From Marsupella aquatica (taxonomy: Eukaryota > Plantae > Marchantiophyta), in assembly GCA_973895155.1 (NCBI GenBank), contig OZ316893.1, positions 14,476,645-14,540,644 of the forward strand: DNA of 64,000 bases. The letters are read 5' to 3'. Position numbers and translations under genes: made by a program. This document shows, piece after piece, positions 35,801-46,192 of this stretch. A model generated the notes under the pieces. That model was not told the origin of the DNA and did not search any database. It was given only the letters and a program-made list of their open reading frames with translations. The stretch's first letter is position 1. Each line of letters begins with the position of its first letter.

Positions 35801-38785
35801 CTAGAGGACCAATTGAAGGCTGCAAACTCAGAGGAGGATGAGACTCAGGAAGACCAGCATTCAAGCAAGGAGAAGGAGGAGTTAAGTGCTGAAAATGCAC
35901 CCGTCTATGGAGGCATGAGGTTGGCACAACTTGAGGGCACTTTTGACTCCACAATGAGGAACAAGATGGAGGTGATTCGAGCTGAGCAGTACAGAACCAT
36001 CTCTGTCCAGCAAGACAAGACCTTCAACTTGGGAAATGCCCTGGGATCAGGTGAAGAGAAAACTATCCAAGATTTGCTAGGTGAATATGTGGATGTGTTT
36101 GCTTGGAGTCACTTGGATCTTACTGGTGTAAACCCTGAACTTGGTGAGCATAGAATCGACTTGATGCTAGGAGCTTCACCTGTGAGACAAAGGCAATATC
36201 GGATGAATCCCAAGTACTCCTTGATGGTGAAGGAAGAGATAGACAAATTGCTGGAAGCAGGTTTCATCTATCCTGTGTTGAATAGTGAGTGGGTTTCTCC
36301 AATTGTCATAGTACCAAAGAAACCAGGCTTGGATGGTAAGCCTAAGATCCGAGTTTGCCAAGACTTTAGGAAACTCAATGAGGCCACTAAGAAGGACCAC
36401 TATCCCATTCCATTTACTGATATGGTACTTGATTTAGTAGCTGGTTGGGAAGTGTATAGCTTCCTAGATGGGTACTCAGGTTACAACCAGATTTGGATAA
36501 GGAAGGAGGACCAGTTGAAGACAGCCTTTACTACTGAGTGGGGGATTTATGCCTTTCGGAGGATGCCTTTTGGTCTTTGTAATGCCCCTGGTATGTTCCA
36601 AAGGTTGATGATGAATATCTTTCATGACTACTTGAGAAAGTTCTTGGAAGTATTCATAGATGACTTTGCTGTTTTTGGAAGGGGGAAGGACCATGTTGAA
36701 CATTTGAGGATGACCTTCCAAAGATGTAGGGAAGTTGGTTTGAAGCTTCACCCAGGGAAGTGCTTCTTTGGTGTGGAAGAAGGGATACTACTTGGCCACA
36801 AGGTATCCAAGAAGGGCATAGAAGTGGACCAAGAGAAGGTTGCTGTTTGGATGGCTGTCAAGTTTCCAACTTCAGTGACAGAGTTGAGGGGATTCTTGGG
36901 ATGTTTAAACTACTATAGAAGGTTCATTAAGGACTTTGCTAAAGTAGCTTTACCCCTAACCAGCATGCTTAAGAAGGGGGCTGAGGTTGAACCCTCAGTT
37001 GAGAGGCTAGCAAGTTTTCAGGAGTTGAAGAACAGGTTGGTTGAAGCCCCTATCTTGATAGCACCAGATTGGAGTAGAGAATTTCATGTGTATGTGGATG
37101 TGTCTGGCTTTTGTATTGGTGTGGTGCTTAGTCAACTTGATGACCAGAATAGGGATCACCCTATCTACTTTGCAAGTAGACTATTGGCACCAGCTGAAAA
37201 GAATTACTCACCAACCGATAGAGAAGCTCTAGGAATCATCTACTCTTGTAAGAAGTTTAGGCACTACTTGTTGGGCTATAAGGTGGTCTTTCATACTGAT
37301 CACAATGCTCTCAAGTATATGGTGAATAAACCTGATGTAACTGGTAGAGTGGCAAGGTGGATCTTGTTGCTCCAAGAGTTTGATTATGAGGTGAGGGTCA
37401 GGCCTGGTAAGAAGCATGGGAATGCAGACTTCTTCTCAAGGATTGAAGGAGAAGAGGACTTGAAGGAGGTGGATGATCAGTTTCCAGATGAAGACCTCTT
37501 TCATGTGGGAAGTGGAGGAGATACATGGTATTTGGATATCATCCAATTTCTTCTCACAACCCGGCTACCAAGAGATTTGAACCAAGAGGAGGCTGCTGTT
37601 TTCCTGAGAAAAATCAGACCTTACTTATTGGTGAAGGGTGTCCTTCACAAGGAAGGAGTTGATGGGAGACTAAGGAGGTGTTTGGAGAAGAAGGAAATCT
37701 CCATTGTGATGAGAGCTATGCATGAGGAGGAGGCTGGTGGCCATTATGCAAGTGCAACAACAGCAAGGAAAATTCTTGATGCAGGGTATTGGTGGCCAAC
37801 ACTTCATAAGGATGTAAGTCTTTTTGTGAGGGGATGTGACCCTTGCCAAAGGACAGGTAAGCCAGCTCACTCAAGGCATCACCCTCTTACCACCATCTTA
37901 CCTCTTGCACCTTTTGAGAAGTGGGGTATAGATTTCATAGGTCCCATCACTCCTGTGACCAGGTCTAGAAGGAATCGATACATCCTTCTTGCAACTGATT
38001 ATGCTACTAAGTGGGTAGAGGCAAGACCAACCAGCAAGGATAATGCTCTCACAGTAGCAAGGTTCATGTATCAACAGATTTTTACCAGATTTGGGCCACC
38101 TCTAGAGCTGGTTAGTGATAGGGGGACTCACTTCTTGAATGAAGTTGTGGAGGAGCTCACTAACCATTACTTGATTAAGCATAGGAAGACCACCCCCTAT
38201 CACCCCAAGGCCAATGGATTAACGGAGAGAGCTAATGGCATCATTGGCAAGATCTTGAACAAAACCGTGGCGGCACACAAGACTGATTGGGATGACAAAT
38301 TATACTCAGCTGTGTACTCCTACAACCTTGCTTTCAAGACCACAACCGGCCATAGTCCTTTCTACCTAGTATTTGGACAACACTCCCTTGTACCTGTTGA
38401 GTTTGAAGTGCCTACTTTGAGGGTAAGTGTGGAGGAGAGAATGGAGGCTGACCAGAGTTTAATGGAGAGAGCTTACCAGCTGGAGGAGTTGGAGGAAATC
38501 CGGGAAGAGGCAAGCAAGCAAGTGAAGAAGAAGCAAGCTCAAGTGAAGCAACATCATGACAAGAAGTTGAAGAAGCCAACTTCTTTACTTGCTGGACAAC
38601 TGGTATTACTCTATGACAGTAGGTATGCTCATTTTCCAGGCAAGTTGCATACTCGGTGGTTGGGTCCTTATGTTGTTCACCAGGTTTATGCTAATGGGTC
38701 AATTCAGCTTGCTACTCTTGAAGGAGAGGTGTTCCCTACTAGAGTGCATCATGATAGGTTGAAAAGGTACTTTAATCAGGAATAA
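32813..38785 (+). CDS. Gag-Pol polyprotein (gag, three CCHC knuckles, protease, RT, RNase H, integrase)
   Basis: Uninterrupted ORF of about 1990 aa from MPTTRSQ. Three CxxCxxxxHxxxxC motifs; VDGGSG protease; FLDGYSGY, MPFGLCNAP and FIDDF; YVDVSG RNase H; integrase HHCC with WGIDF, SDRG and NGLTER; C-terminal GPY. Gypsy domain order. Confidence 0.98.
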   Translation: MPTTRSQALKEASLSFNFGDQLEQPDWVDIHLQAEAEPGVGWSDTSSSTTNTSEDQEAAMVVTQRARFQYKTFHGKPKEDPDAWLEDFIGTAQANGEFDIKLTTLAGVLRGEARPWFNSLSNAIKNDWDAFKLAFLQEFRKVGEESEALIKMGEIRMGSKESVRRFLQRFQRLATKLDPRPVDSMLLAWFVASLPRKMGVSVRQSHPNTLDEAIEAAQSYRSAEISSSKSRRKKKRFAYSDSSSSSSESSSSVEDTSESESEESSSSSDSESDSEEDSEKKKKKKKAKRKSDQKRRASKKKPGGKHHKSATFNLVEGSTPATKEKKVMDNKMSEITNQLKALSVHFAGVQPDRRKVPVNRAHVWCVKCKSFGHTPQECQGWRNQVQYVNEESNDVYQASEVVDYFYEEAPEMVYQISGGPRTLQGRPAPPMAPQLMPGLQPRMVDQMGPQGPGGVARTTVVICWNCQKPGHYSNSCPEPRRQGQGAPYPLCAVCKREGHTTANCPIGSAAKMMIGRIEAPPPAVAKAPGEATVNFLSMEWQEEAKDGVTQVAGGENQPDLPGMETPEEEAVCYKVSTRSTRKKERVEERKKRKERKEHSTESPIEVEVGAEVQVPPAEDSDYKRDHPKLFYPKVNEEVKRQLEEMEAKEHQEAINKDLKVAKALKEKAEVEEKKETSKVPSYDIKKDVKDCLVTATVGQLIKDNPLYRRQLKEMLVGRRRRKLPKVGTPADVMMVCEDLGAPEIDVQVNGCVLSYVPVDGGSGVNIMIEATAQQLGFKKLQPTARTMRLANGARVLPVGTLTQVPTLIGGQEFLLNYLVMRPARPSTYPILIGRPWLYGAKVVSDWGKKEFRFGKPATSVSWGHDKHQGETTDELDEYDSELSDELSTKSESDEDEVYMLNMVSQWTEEEVFGEEQEQEALTSHSPLPSLSEVTSLEEVKQAETSAKESNQEDTITMAQEVDQTSKGAAQVEIKTRSNDQSLKAKHLALLKLKIKELEDQLKAANSEEDETQEDQHSSKEKEELSAENAPVYGGMRLAQLEGTFDSTMRNKMEVIRAEQYRTISVQQDKTFNLGNALGSGEEKTIQDLLGEYVDVFAWSHLDLTGVNPELGEHRIDLMLGASPVRQRQYRMNPKYSLMVKEEIDKLLEAGFIYPVLNSEWVSPIVIVPKKPGLDGKPKIRVCQDFRKLNEATKKDHYPIPFTDMVLDLVAGWEVYSFLDGYSGYNQIWIRKEDQLKTAFTTEWGIYAFRRMPFGLCNAPGMFQRLMMNIFHDYLRKFLEVFIDDFAVFGRGKDHVEHLRMTFQRCREVGLKLHPGKCFFGVEEGILLGHKVSKKGIEVDQEKVAVWMAVKFPTSVTELRGFLGCLNYYRRFIKDFAKVALPLTSMLKKGAEVEPSVERLASFQELKNRLVEAPILIAPDWSREFHVYVDVSGFCIGVVLSQLDDQNRDHPIYFASRLLAPAEKNYSPTDREALGIIYSCKKFRHYLLGYKVVFHTDHNALKYMVNKPDVTGRVARWILLLQEFDYEVRVRPGKKHGNADFFSRIEGEEDLKEVDDQFPDEDLFHVGSGGDTWYLDIIQFLLTTRLPRDLNQEEAAVFLRKIRPYLLVKGVLHKEGVDGRLRRCLEKKEISIVMRAMHEEEAGGHYASATTARKILDAGYWWPTLHKDVSLFVRGCDPCQRTGKPAHSRHHPLTTILPLAPFEKWGIDFIGPITPVTRSRRNRYILLATDYATKWVEARPTSKDNALTVARFMYQQIFTRFGPPLELVSDRGTHFLNEVVEELTNHYLIKHRKTTPYHPKANGLTERANGIIGKILNKTVAAHKTDWDDKLYSAVYSYNLAFKTTTGHSPFYLVFGQHSLVPVEFEVPTLRVSVEERMEADQSLMERAYQLEELEEIREEASKQVKKKQAQVKQHHDKKLKKPTSLLAGQLVLLYDSRYAHFPGKLHTRWLGPYVVHQVYANGSIQLATLEGEVFPTRVHHDRLKRYFNQE

Positions 38786-38812
38786 GTGTGTTTGCGGGGA
38801 CGCTGCACACTT

Positions 38813-38822
38813 AAGTAGGGGG
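38813..38822 (+). promoter_or_regulatory. Polypurine tract
   Basis: AAGTAGGGGG, ending 3 nt before the 3' LTR. Confidence 0.75.
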
Positions 38823-38825
38823 CTA

Positions 38826-41800
38826 TGTGGGATGGCTCAGTGTCAGCTAGTGTAGAGAAACATGACATTCTTTCGTTTAGAAGAGGAAATAGTTAGGGAA
38901 AAAGTTTTAGTGCTATCAGAGTAGCTAGGTTTAGGGCACTTAAGTAAGAAGGGAAGCTTAGTAGAGGTAAGAGGGAATTTAGTTATGCAAAGTTATCTAG
39001 GGGTAAGCAAGTTACTATAGGAGGGGCAGGAAACTAGTCCGTCCTTAGTTATAATAGGCGACTAAGTCGGGACCGAAAAATGACCCGACACCGGACATCT
39101 TATTTTTGGCTGATATTTCTCCCATGGGTGCTGGGAGGTCCCTAGGGAACCCTGAAAAAGTATGAAGTCAAGTGGGGTCTTAACCTAGGAGTTATAAGTA
39201 TTTTGGCAAAAATCAAAGTTACCAAATAGCGGGTCCCGGGAAAAATAGCTGATGGGTAAATGTAGGGGTTCCAAGTTTGGAAGTGGGTTAAGTATGGTCC
39301 CCTCTATCCCTAGAAACTTGTGGGACAACTTTGTCACACTTGGTTACTTTTTGGGAGCATCTCAAAGTTGAGAAGAATTTTGGAAGACATAAAGACTTGA
39401 CCCTCTTTGCCTAATTTTAGAAAAGTTGTTATAGGGTTTTGTTTATATCTTAGTAAACCCGGACATAGTCCTATGTCCATAGAATCAGTGGAGCTACTCA
39501 GAAGTCCTTTTGGACTTATGTGTGAGTTTTGGAGGGGGGTCCAAAATCGCCCCAAAATGCTGTTTTTCCAAAAAAAAATGTATTTTTTTCTAAGTGTAAA
39601 CCGCGTGGGCGACGATCACGCGGCGAGCACGAGGCAAGGAGGAGCGAGCACGAGGCAAGGAGGAGCAAGCACGAGGCTGGTGAGGACGTCAAGCACCGGG
39701 AGGCTGTCCAAAGGTGCTGCATGATTACTTGAGGAATCAATTGAGCACAAGGGCGGCTGAATTGAAGGAAGGGCGGCTGAATTGAAATGGCTGCTGCTGA
39801 TTGAAGAAGCTATGGCTGCTGAGAAGGAAAAGAGCTATGGCTGCAAATTAGGATCGCTGCTGGCTTTGAATTGGGAAGGCTGCTTGCTGCTATGACAGCT
39901 GCACACTAGATTAGAGGTGCTCCTACTAATCAGGCACGAGATGCTCATGAGAATTGGCTGGCTGCTGCCTTGATGCTGCTGAATTGAATGATGCTGCTGC
40001 TAGCTGCGAAATTGCAAAGGTGGGCAGCTACGAAATTGAGAAGAGAGACCTGCTTGACTGAGAAGGAATCAAGCTATGGTTGCTGCTGCTGTGCTTCAAA
40101 TCTGCTGTTGTTGTGCTGTAAATGCGCTGATGTGACTGTGCTGCTAGCTGCGAAATTGACTGTGTTGCTAGCGGCAAAATTGAAGAGGTGGGCTAGCTGC
40201 GAAATTGACTAGTCTGGCTGTGAGCTATGGTGGCTGTGAAATTGAGGGGCTGGCGGCTGATCAGCTGGACTGCTGCACAAGAAAGAATCCAATAGAGAAT
40301 GCTGTGGTTTTAGATTGAATTCACGAGAGAGAAATGGCTGCAAACATTGCTGTCCTTACAATTTCTTCATAAGAAACATGAGTATAATGAGAGTGCTCTC
40401 CCCTCATGACACGTGGAATCCCCATAAGGGGCATGTAAGGTAAGTGTAATCGGGCCGCCGCTTACACCCGCTTTACACCAAAAACAGGCCTTGGGAGAAT
40501 GGGCATAACTTTGGCTAGAGGTATCCGTTGGGGCCCAAATTTTTTTGTGCTGAGTTAGGGGAAGATAAGGCACCCCCTGGTGAAGGTGGAACCCCAGAAA
40601 AGTAATCACTCAAATATATTTTTAACCGAGGCCACGAGGGAGTCCCGACAACTTGCAAACCAAAGTCGGCATAGGGGAATGAATACCAGATTTAGGGGCT
40701 GACCTTTCTTGCACCCATACCACTTGAGTTAGGCTCTAGAGAAGGGTACTTACCTTTGGCCAAAGGTGTAAGGCCATCAAGTTAAGAAAAGTAAATATAG
40801 GGGGTAGTTTACTTAGGGTAGTAAAGGGGTTACAAGTAAAATAAGGCCAACTTTGACTAGGCACAACTTGAGACTCACTCACTCTTTTTGCGAGCTTTCA
40901 AGTGGGTTGGTAAGCTGGTGAGGAGGACCATAAGTGGGAGTAGGTTTGGAAGTCAAAGCATACCACTCATGTGTGGCATATTCCAGGGCTTGGAAGGAGG
41001 CAAAATAGCAAGTAGTAGGGTGGGCTATGAACTATAGAGTTGGACTTTGTGTGTTAGGAGGACTTGGGGGAGGTATAGTTGGACCCCAGGTCAAGCTTGG
41101 TGTGATGTGGAAGGAGATAGTATATAAGGAGGAAGTTTTCATTTGTTAGGGACCGGGAGTCTCATCTCTTAAGTGAAATCTCTACCTTGCCAAGGTAGGG
41201 CTAAGCTTGAGAAAGGAGAGGTGGTCCATGCTTAGTGTGGAGAATGTGTAGTGAACTTTTGTTGTAAAGGTGATGCAATAAAAGGAGACTTACCAATCTT
41301 CATTGTGACCATTAAGTGTGAGTGCATTTGAAGTATATGAGAGCAAGAGAAGAGTCCATGCTATGGTATAATCTTGGTCTAAGCTTGAAGGGGATGTGCT
41401 AGTACAAAACCAAGGCCAAGGAGGCAAGGTTAAGGTATAGCATTACTTTGAGACTTAGAGAGGATTATAGCTTGAGGGTGGAAAGTACTTTGCTTGGTGT
41501 GTGGTGTTAACAAGAAGTAAGAACAAGAGGAAGAGTCCTTAGATAGAGGAGCCTTCTCTAGGGCTCAAAGGGGATGTGTGGACCCAAACCAAGGCCAGGG
41601 GGGCAAGGTTGAGGGGTAACACTACTTTGAGGGTCTTGAGGAGACTTAAGCTTGAAGAGGAAAGTACTTTGGGTTCTTGGGTGTTTGTGTGAGAATCTAC
41701 TCTAAGGTGACAGCTTGGAGCGGAGATCCCCCTTGCTGATCCTTGGAGTAGAGGAGAGGGGAAGGGGTGAGTACAAAAGTAGTCAAGGGGACTACCTCTC

Positions 41801-41963
41801 TAGAAGTGGAGAGTTGAAACTACTTATGTATGGAGTGATTGGACATTGTAAGCACACTTCAGAAGTTTTGTCAATCCTTTGTGACCCTGGTATGACATGG
41901 AGCAGGTATTAGGTAGTCTTTTGGGGAGAAAAGCCGCTTAAGCTCCTTGGCAAGTGTTTGACA
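38826..41963 (+). repeat. 3' LTR, 3138 bp
   Basis: Near-identical to the 5' LTR; the ORF-track peptides are identical in both. The only difference noticed is one extra C near 41885 (gtgaccctgg versus gtgacctgg). Confidence 0.97.
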
Positions 41964-42314
41964 GATTGGTATCCGTATTTGATGTGGTAGTAAGATGAGG
42001 ACATCTCACACCGGTCTCACACCTGGCACCTGTGTCTATGACTATACATGATTGGACTCTGATATGGTCATGGATGTACGTGCAGAGGCAGTACATGTGA
42101 GGACAGCGGAGGAGTTGACACCCTCAAACATTTAGGAATTTTATCTCATTCACTTGAGAATAGGTACATGACTCAGGCACCTATATTTTTTGTTTTTTTG
42201 TTTTTTCGGAACGTTACGTATTTTGGCAAGTACAGTCGGGGGTGAAATCCTTAACAGGAAGTGTATTTTTCACTTGCATAATAAAATGACAGGGTGCTGA
42301 GTGCGTGTATAGTG

Positions 42315-45300
42315 ATGGCTCCAAGGTTGCCTCTTCACAACCCATTTAGGATTAGGCATCATGATTCTAAATTGTGGATGCGTGAACAAGCCCGGGCCGC
42401 CCAAGGTAGGAGTAGGAGGATGAGATGCCCATGCACACAGTGCCAAGGATTCAAGTCGTTGAGTTTGAACACTGTGCACCTTCACCTGCTGTGGCATGAA
42501 AGGCACCCTCGGTGGAGGGTTTGGAATGTACCAGCAGAAGAAGACTCCTCTGATGAAGAGTGGAGAGCTGACTTTGTGGATTCTAATACAGCTAGGCGTA
42601 GAGACTACGTAGAGCAGGACATAGACTGTGCAGAGGATGGTCCTGGGGTCCAACATGAGAACGTGGATGACCAAGATGGAGAGGCAGAGGCAGTCATTGA
42701 GGACGGTGGGATGGATGTCCCAAGAATGGTTCAAGAGATTTTTGAAGACCTTGATGCTTTTTACGACACAGTGGAATCAGAAGAGGACAATGAACCGCAG
42801 CCACACATTGGCGACGGCCAAGCTGAACCTGACTTTGACATTGGGGAAGGTGCAGCAGAGAGGGAGTGGGTGTTTGGGGGCCCAAAACACATCAAAGAAG
42901 CTTGCATTCCTATCTACGAGGGGTCGAACTGCTCCAAGCTGGGTTTTGTCGTGTTGTTGTTGAACATCTGTGGCAATCACAATGTTCCCAATATATTTGT
43001 GACAGAGTTGTTGACCTTCCTGCGCCGAAATGTGTTACCAGATGGTAATTCAATTCCAAAAAATATGTACGAGGCTAGGAAATTGATGTCTAACCTTGGG
43101 CTGAACTATGTGTCTATTGACGCATGCCCTGATGGGTGTGTTCTCTTTCGCAAAGAGCATGCAGATAAATTGACATGCCCTCATTGTGGTAAGCACAGGT
43201 ACAAGAATGTAGGGAAATGTACACACCCTGCCAAGGTTCTTCGTCATTTTCCTCTCATTCCTAGACTACAACGTCTATTTAGATGCCCTGCCATTTCCAA
43301 GCTGATGACATGGACTCTTGATAACAAGAGCAATGATGGCCTGCAGCGTCACATTGGAGATTCCAACCATTGGAAATTTGTTGATGAGAGGTGGCCACAG
43401 TTTGCTGCAGAGAAGCGGAACTTTCGATTTGGTCTATCACTGGATGGAGTAAACCCATTTGGAGACAAAAACAACCGTTATTCATGTTGGCCGGTTACGT
43501 TGCTAAATTACAACCTTCCCCCATGGATGACTACAAAGAGGTTTTTTGTCATGATGGTGTTGTTAATCCCTGGACCAGCTTCTGTGACCGAGCAATTCAT
43601 AGATATCATGTTGGCTCCAGCAGTGGAAGAGTGGAAGACTTTGTGGATAGAAGGGGTGTTAACCCATGATGTTCTGAAGGGGCTTCTTCGACCCAGCCCC
43701 TTTAGACTGCATGCAATTTGTTTGCTGGATATAGCAGATTACCCAGGCCATGGCATCATATCTGGACGAGTGACAAAGGGCTATGTGGGGTGCACACCAT
43801 GTGGAAAAAATGTGACAAGTGAGTGGTCGCATGCCCTGCACAGTATGAAATTTCAGGGGCATAGAAGGTATCTGCCTGTTGATCATCCTTACAGGCACAC
43901 ACGGTCTCAAATTGCACACTTCAACAACAAAACAGAGCTTCGTGGCCCACCACAGAGGGTCACCAGAGAGCAAGTCCTGAGGTGGGCAGCCAGGAAGGTT
44001 GATTGGGACAAGAGAAGTGCCACTGATCGAGAACCTGAGGATCCAGTGGTGAAACACGGTGTGAAAAGACAGACCTTGATGGACTTGGAGTTGGAGTACT
44101 GGAGGGTAATGTACTTAGCCTCCAGCCCCTGTATGATTGCAATTTTAGATTGGAGCAATGGTGGATTGATGTTGGTTACAATCCTCCTCTGTGGTTAATT
44201 AGTGTTTCTGTTGTTGAATTCTTTGCTTTGTGGAGTGCAGGAATTCGAGCCCAGCAAACACAATGTAGACGTCATGCACATTGAGAAAAATATTTGTGAG
44301 AGCTTGCTGAAGTTCTTGTCGGGTGAGAAAGATACAGGAGCAGTTCGAGCTGATATGCAACAGAAGGGGATTCGCCCTCACCTTTGGTTGAAGCCCCATG
44401 CAAGCAATCCCAATGTACTTCTCAAGTTCCAAGCTCCCTATGTGTGCACACAGGATGAATGGAAGACATTCTTGTATAGATTGAGCTGTCTGAAAGTGCC
44501 CTCTGGCTATGCTGGTGCCTTCAAGAAGCATATTACAAAGAATAAACTTGGCAGTATGAAAACACATGACTACCATGTGTTGATGCAGCACATTCTGCCC
44601 CTATGCCTTAGAGGTCTCATGCAGAAACCAGTCCGTAATGTCATTCTTCGACTGTGCAATGTATTTCGCCGTATATGTGTGAAAGTGTGGGATCCCCAAG
44701 GATTGGAGCAGTTGAAGCAGGATGCTGCTTATGTCCTTTGTGACTTGGAGATATACTTCCCCCCTGCTTTCTTTGATGTTATGACTCATCTCCTAATCCA
44801 TGTGGTAGAAGAGCTAGGGCAGTATGGGCCAGTCAGTACCAGATGGATGTACCCTATGGAGCGATACATGAAGTTGTTGAAAGGTCATGTGAGAACATAC
44901 TACAGGCCAGAGGCTTCCATGGCATTGGGGTACATTAAGGATGAGACGTTGGGATTCCTAACAGAGTACATGGCTGGGTCTGGTGAAGCTATGACAAGAG
45001 TTTGGAAATCTGGTGAAGATGATGGAGTGAGTGGCGAGGTTGTTGAAGGTGTGGGACGTGCTGTTCAGCTGCCTGTTGCAATTCGAGACAAGGCTCATTC
45101 ATATGTGCTGGCAAACACAGAGCCTATGCAACCATGGTGGAGGTGAGTGATTGAATTGACTTGTCTTTGTTGTGATGCTTCTTGTCTGTTCCAAGGGTGA
45201 TCTTAGGTTGTCATGTGTTGTTTAGACCTAACTATGCCTGTACCTCATATTGCAGGGAATATGATATGCAAAAAGCTGCACACTCTGGGCAGCAGGATCC

Positions 45301-46015
45301 CTTCCCACAGTTCGAGCAGTGGATTCGGGTGACAATTCGAGAGCATAGTAGACATCACCCAGATATGGAGAAGGATTTGTATCTTCTATCTGTGCCACCG
45401 CGATTGTCTATTCTGACCTACAAACGGATGAGAGCTTATGGAAATCATTATCGAGTGAGGGATGAGCAGGGTGACCATTGTGTATCATATGATTGTGGTT
45501 TGATTTCTGTGTTTGAGCAGAGAACCTCTGAAGAACAGAGGGGGTGGATGAAGATGGGTTACGTGGGGGAGTTGACCGACATTTGGGTGTTGAATTATGG
45601 TAACACAAGTGTCCCAGTGATATTGATGAAGGGATCATGGGTGAAATCAGAGTGGCAGAGACCAAGGGCCACCATGAAGCGTGATCATGATGGGTTCTTG
45701 TTGGCCAATTTTAGGTCCAGAGTACCAGAATGGTCTGAGCCTTTTGTTTTCCCTAGCCAAGTTGAACAGGCTTTCTTTGCAGATGTGGAGGAGTCACATG
45801 GCTGGAGGGTGGTATGCCATAGCCAAGCACGGAACAGGCGGATGGATGGAAGTAAAGTAGAGTTTAGTTTGGATGACCATGCTGCATTCGAGCATCCTAG
45901 TCATGAGACTGTACTTCCAACTCGGGCAGGGACTGACTACATCCCCTTAACATTGAGAGAGACATATGATGAACCTGGGAAAATGGAATATGATGAGGTT
46001 GATGATTTGCAATAG
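42315..46015 (+). CDS. CACTA TnpD-like transposase; predicted exons 42315-44105, 44241-45142 and 45256-46015
   Basis: CPCxxC transposase-associated domain, IDACPDGC, LRHFPLIPRLQRLF, GLSLDGVNPF, YNLPPW, DYPG, DVMHIEKN, MKTHDYH, WMYPMERY and EPFVFPSQVEQAFF. GT-AG introns keep the frame, so the gene appears intact. Confidence 0.93.
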
Positions 46016-46192
46016 GCAACAGCTGGCGATTGGCAAGTATGAGGTTGAGGATGACTACGTGCACAGAGTCACAGAACGGGAATTGCTGCCTGGAATGATG
46101 TTTAGGATAGTTGGATATGCATGAAATTGATTGATACTTTGAATTTAGTGTGCTGATTCTCCCTGTTTGGTTGTGGGTGCTGTGCAGAAGCT

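Larger units (their letters stand above)
29532..41963 (+). mobile_element. Full-length Ty3/gypsy LTR retrotransposon (non-chromovirus, Athila-like PBS)
   Basis: TG...CA LTRs, 5-bp TSD GATTG (29527-29531, 41964-41968), PBS, PPT and an intact gag-pol ORF. Confidence 0.98.
29020..41990 (+). pseudogene. F-box-like ORF split by the gypsy insertion (29020-29531 joined to 41969-41990)
   Basis: LLPDLADDIVLTHVWPRV...RLISTQWRDLV fits the F-box consensus. One stop at 29344-29346. The frame reads ...HRQQD/WYPYLMW* across the GATTG TSD. Confidence 0.6.
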
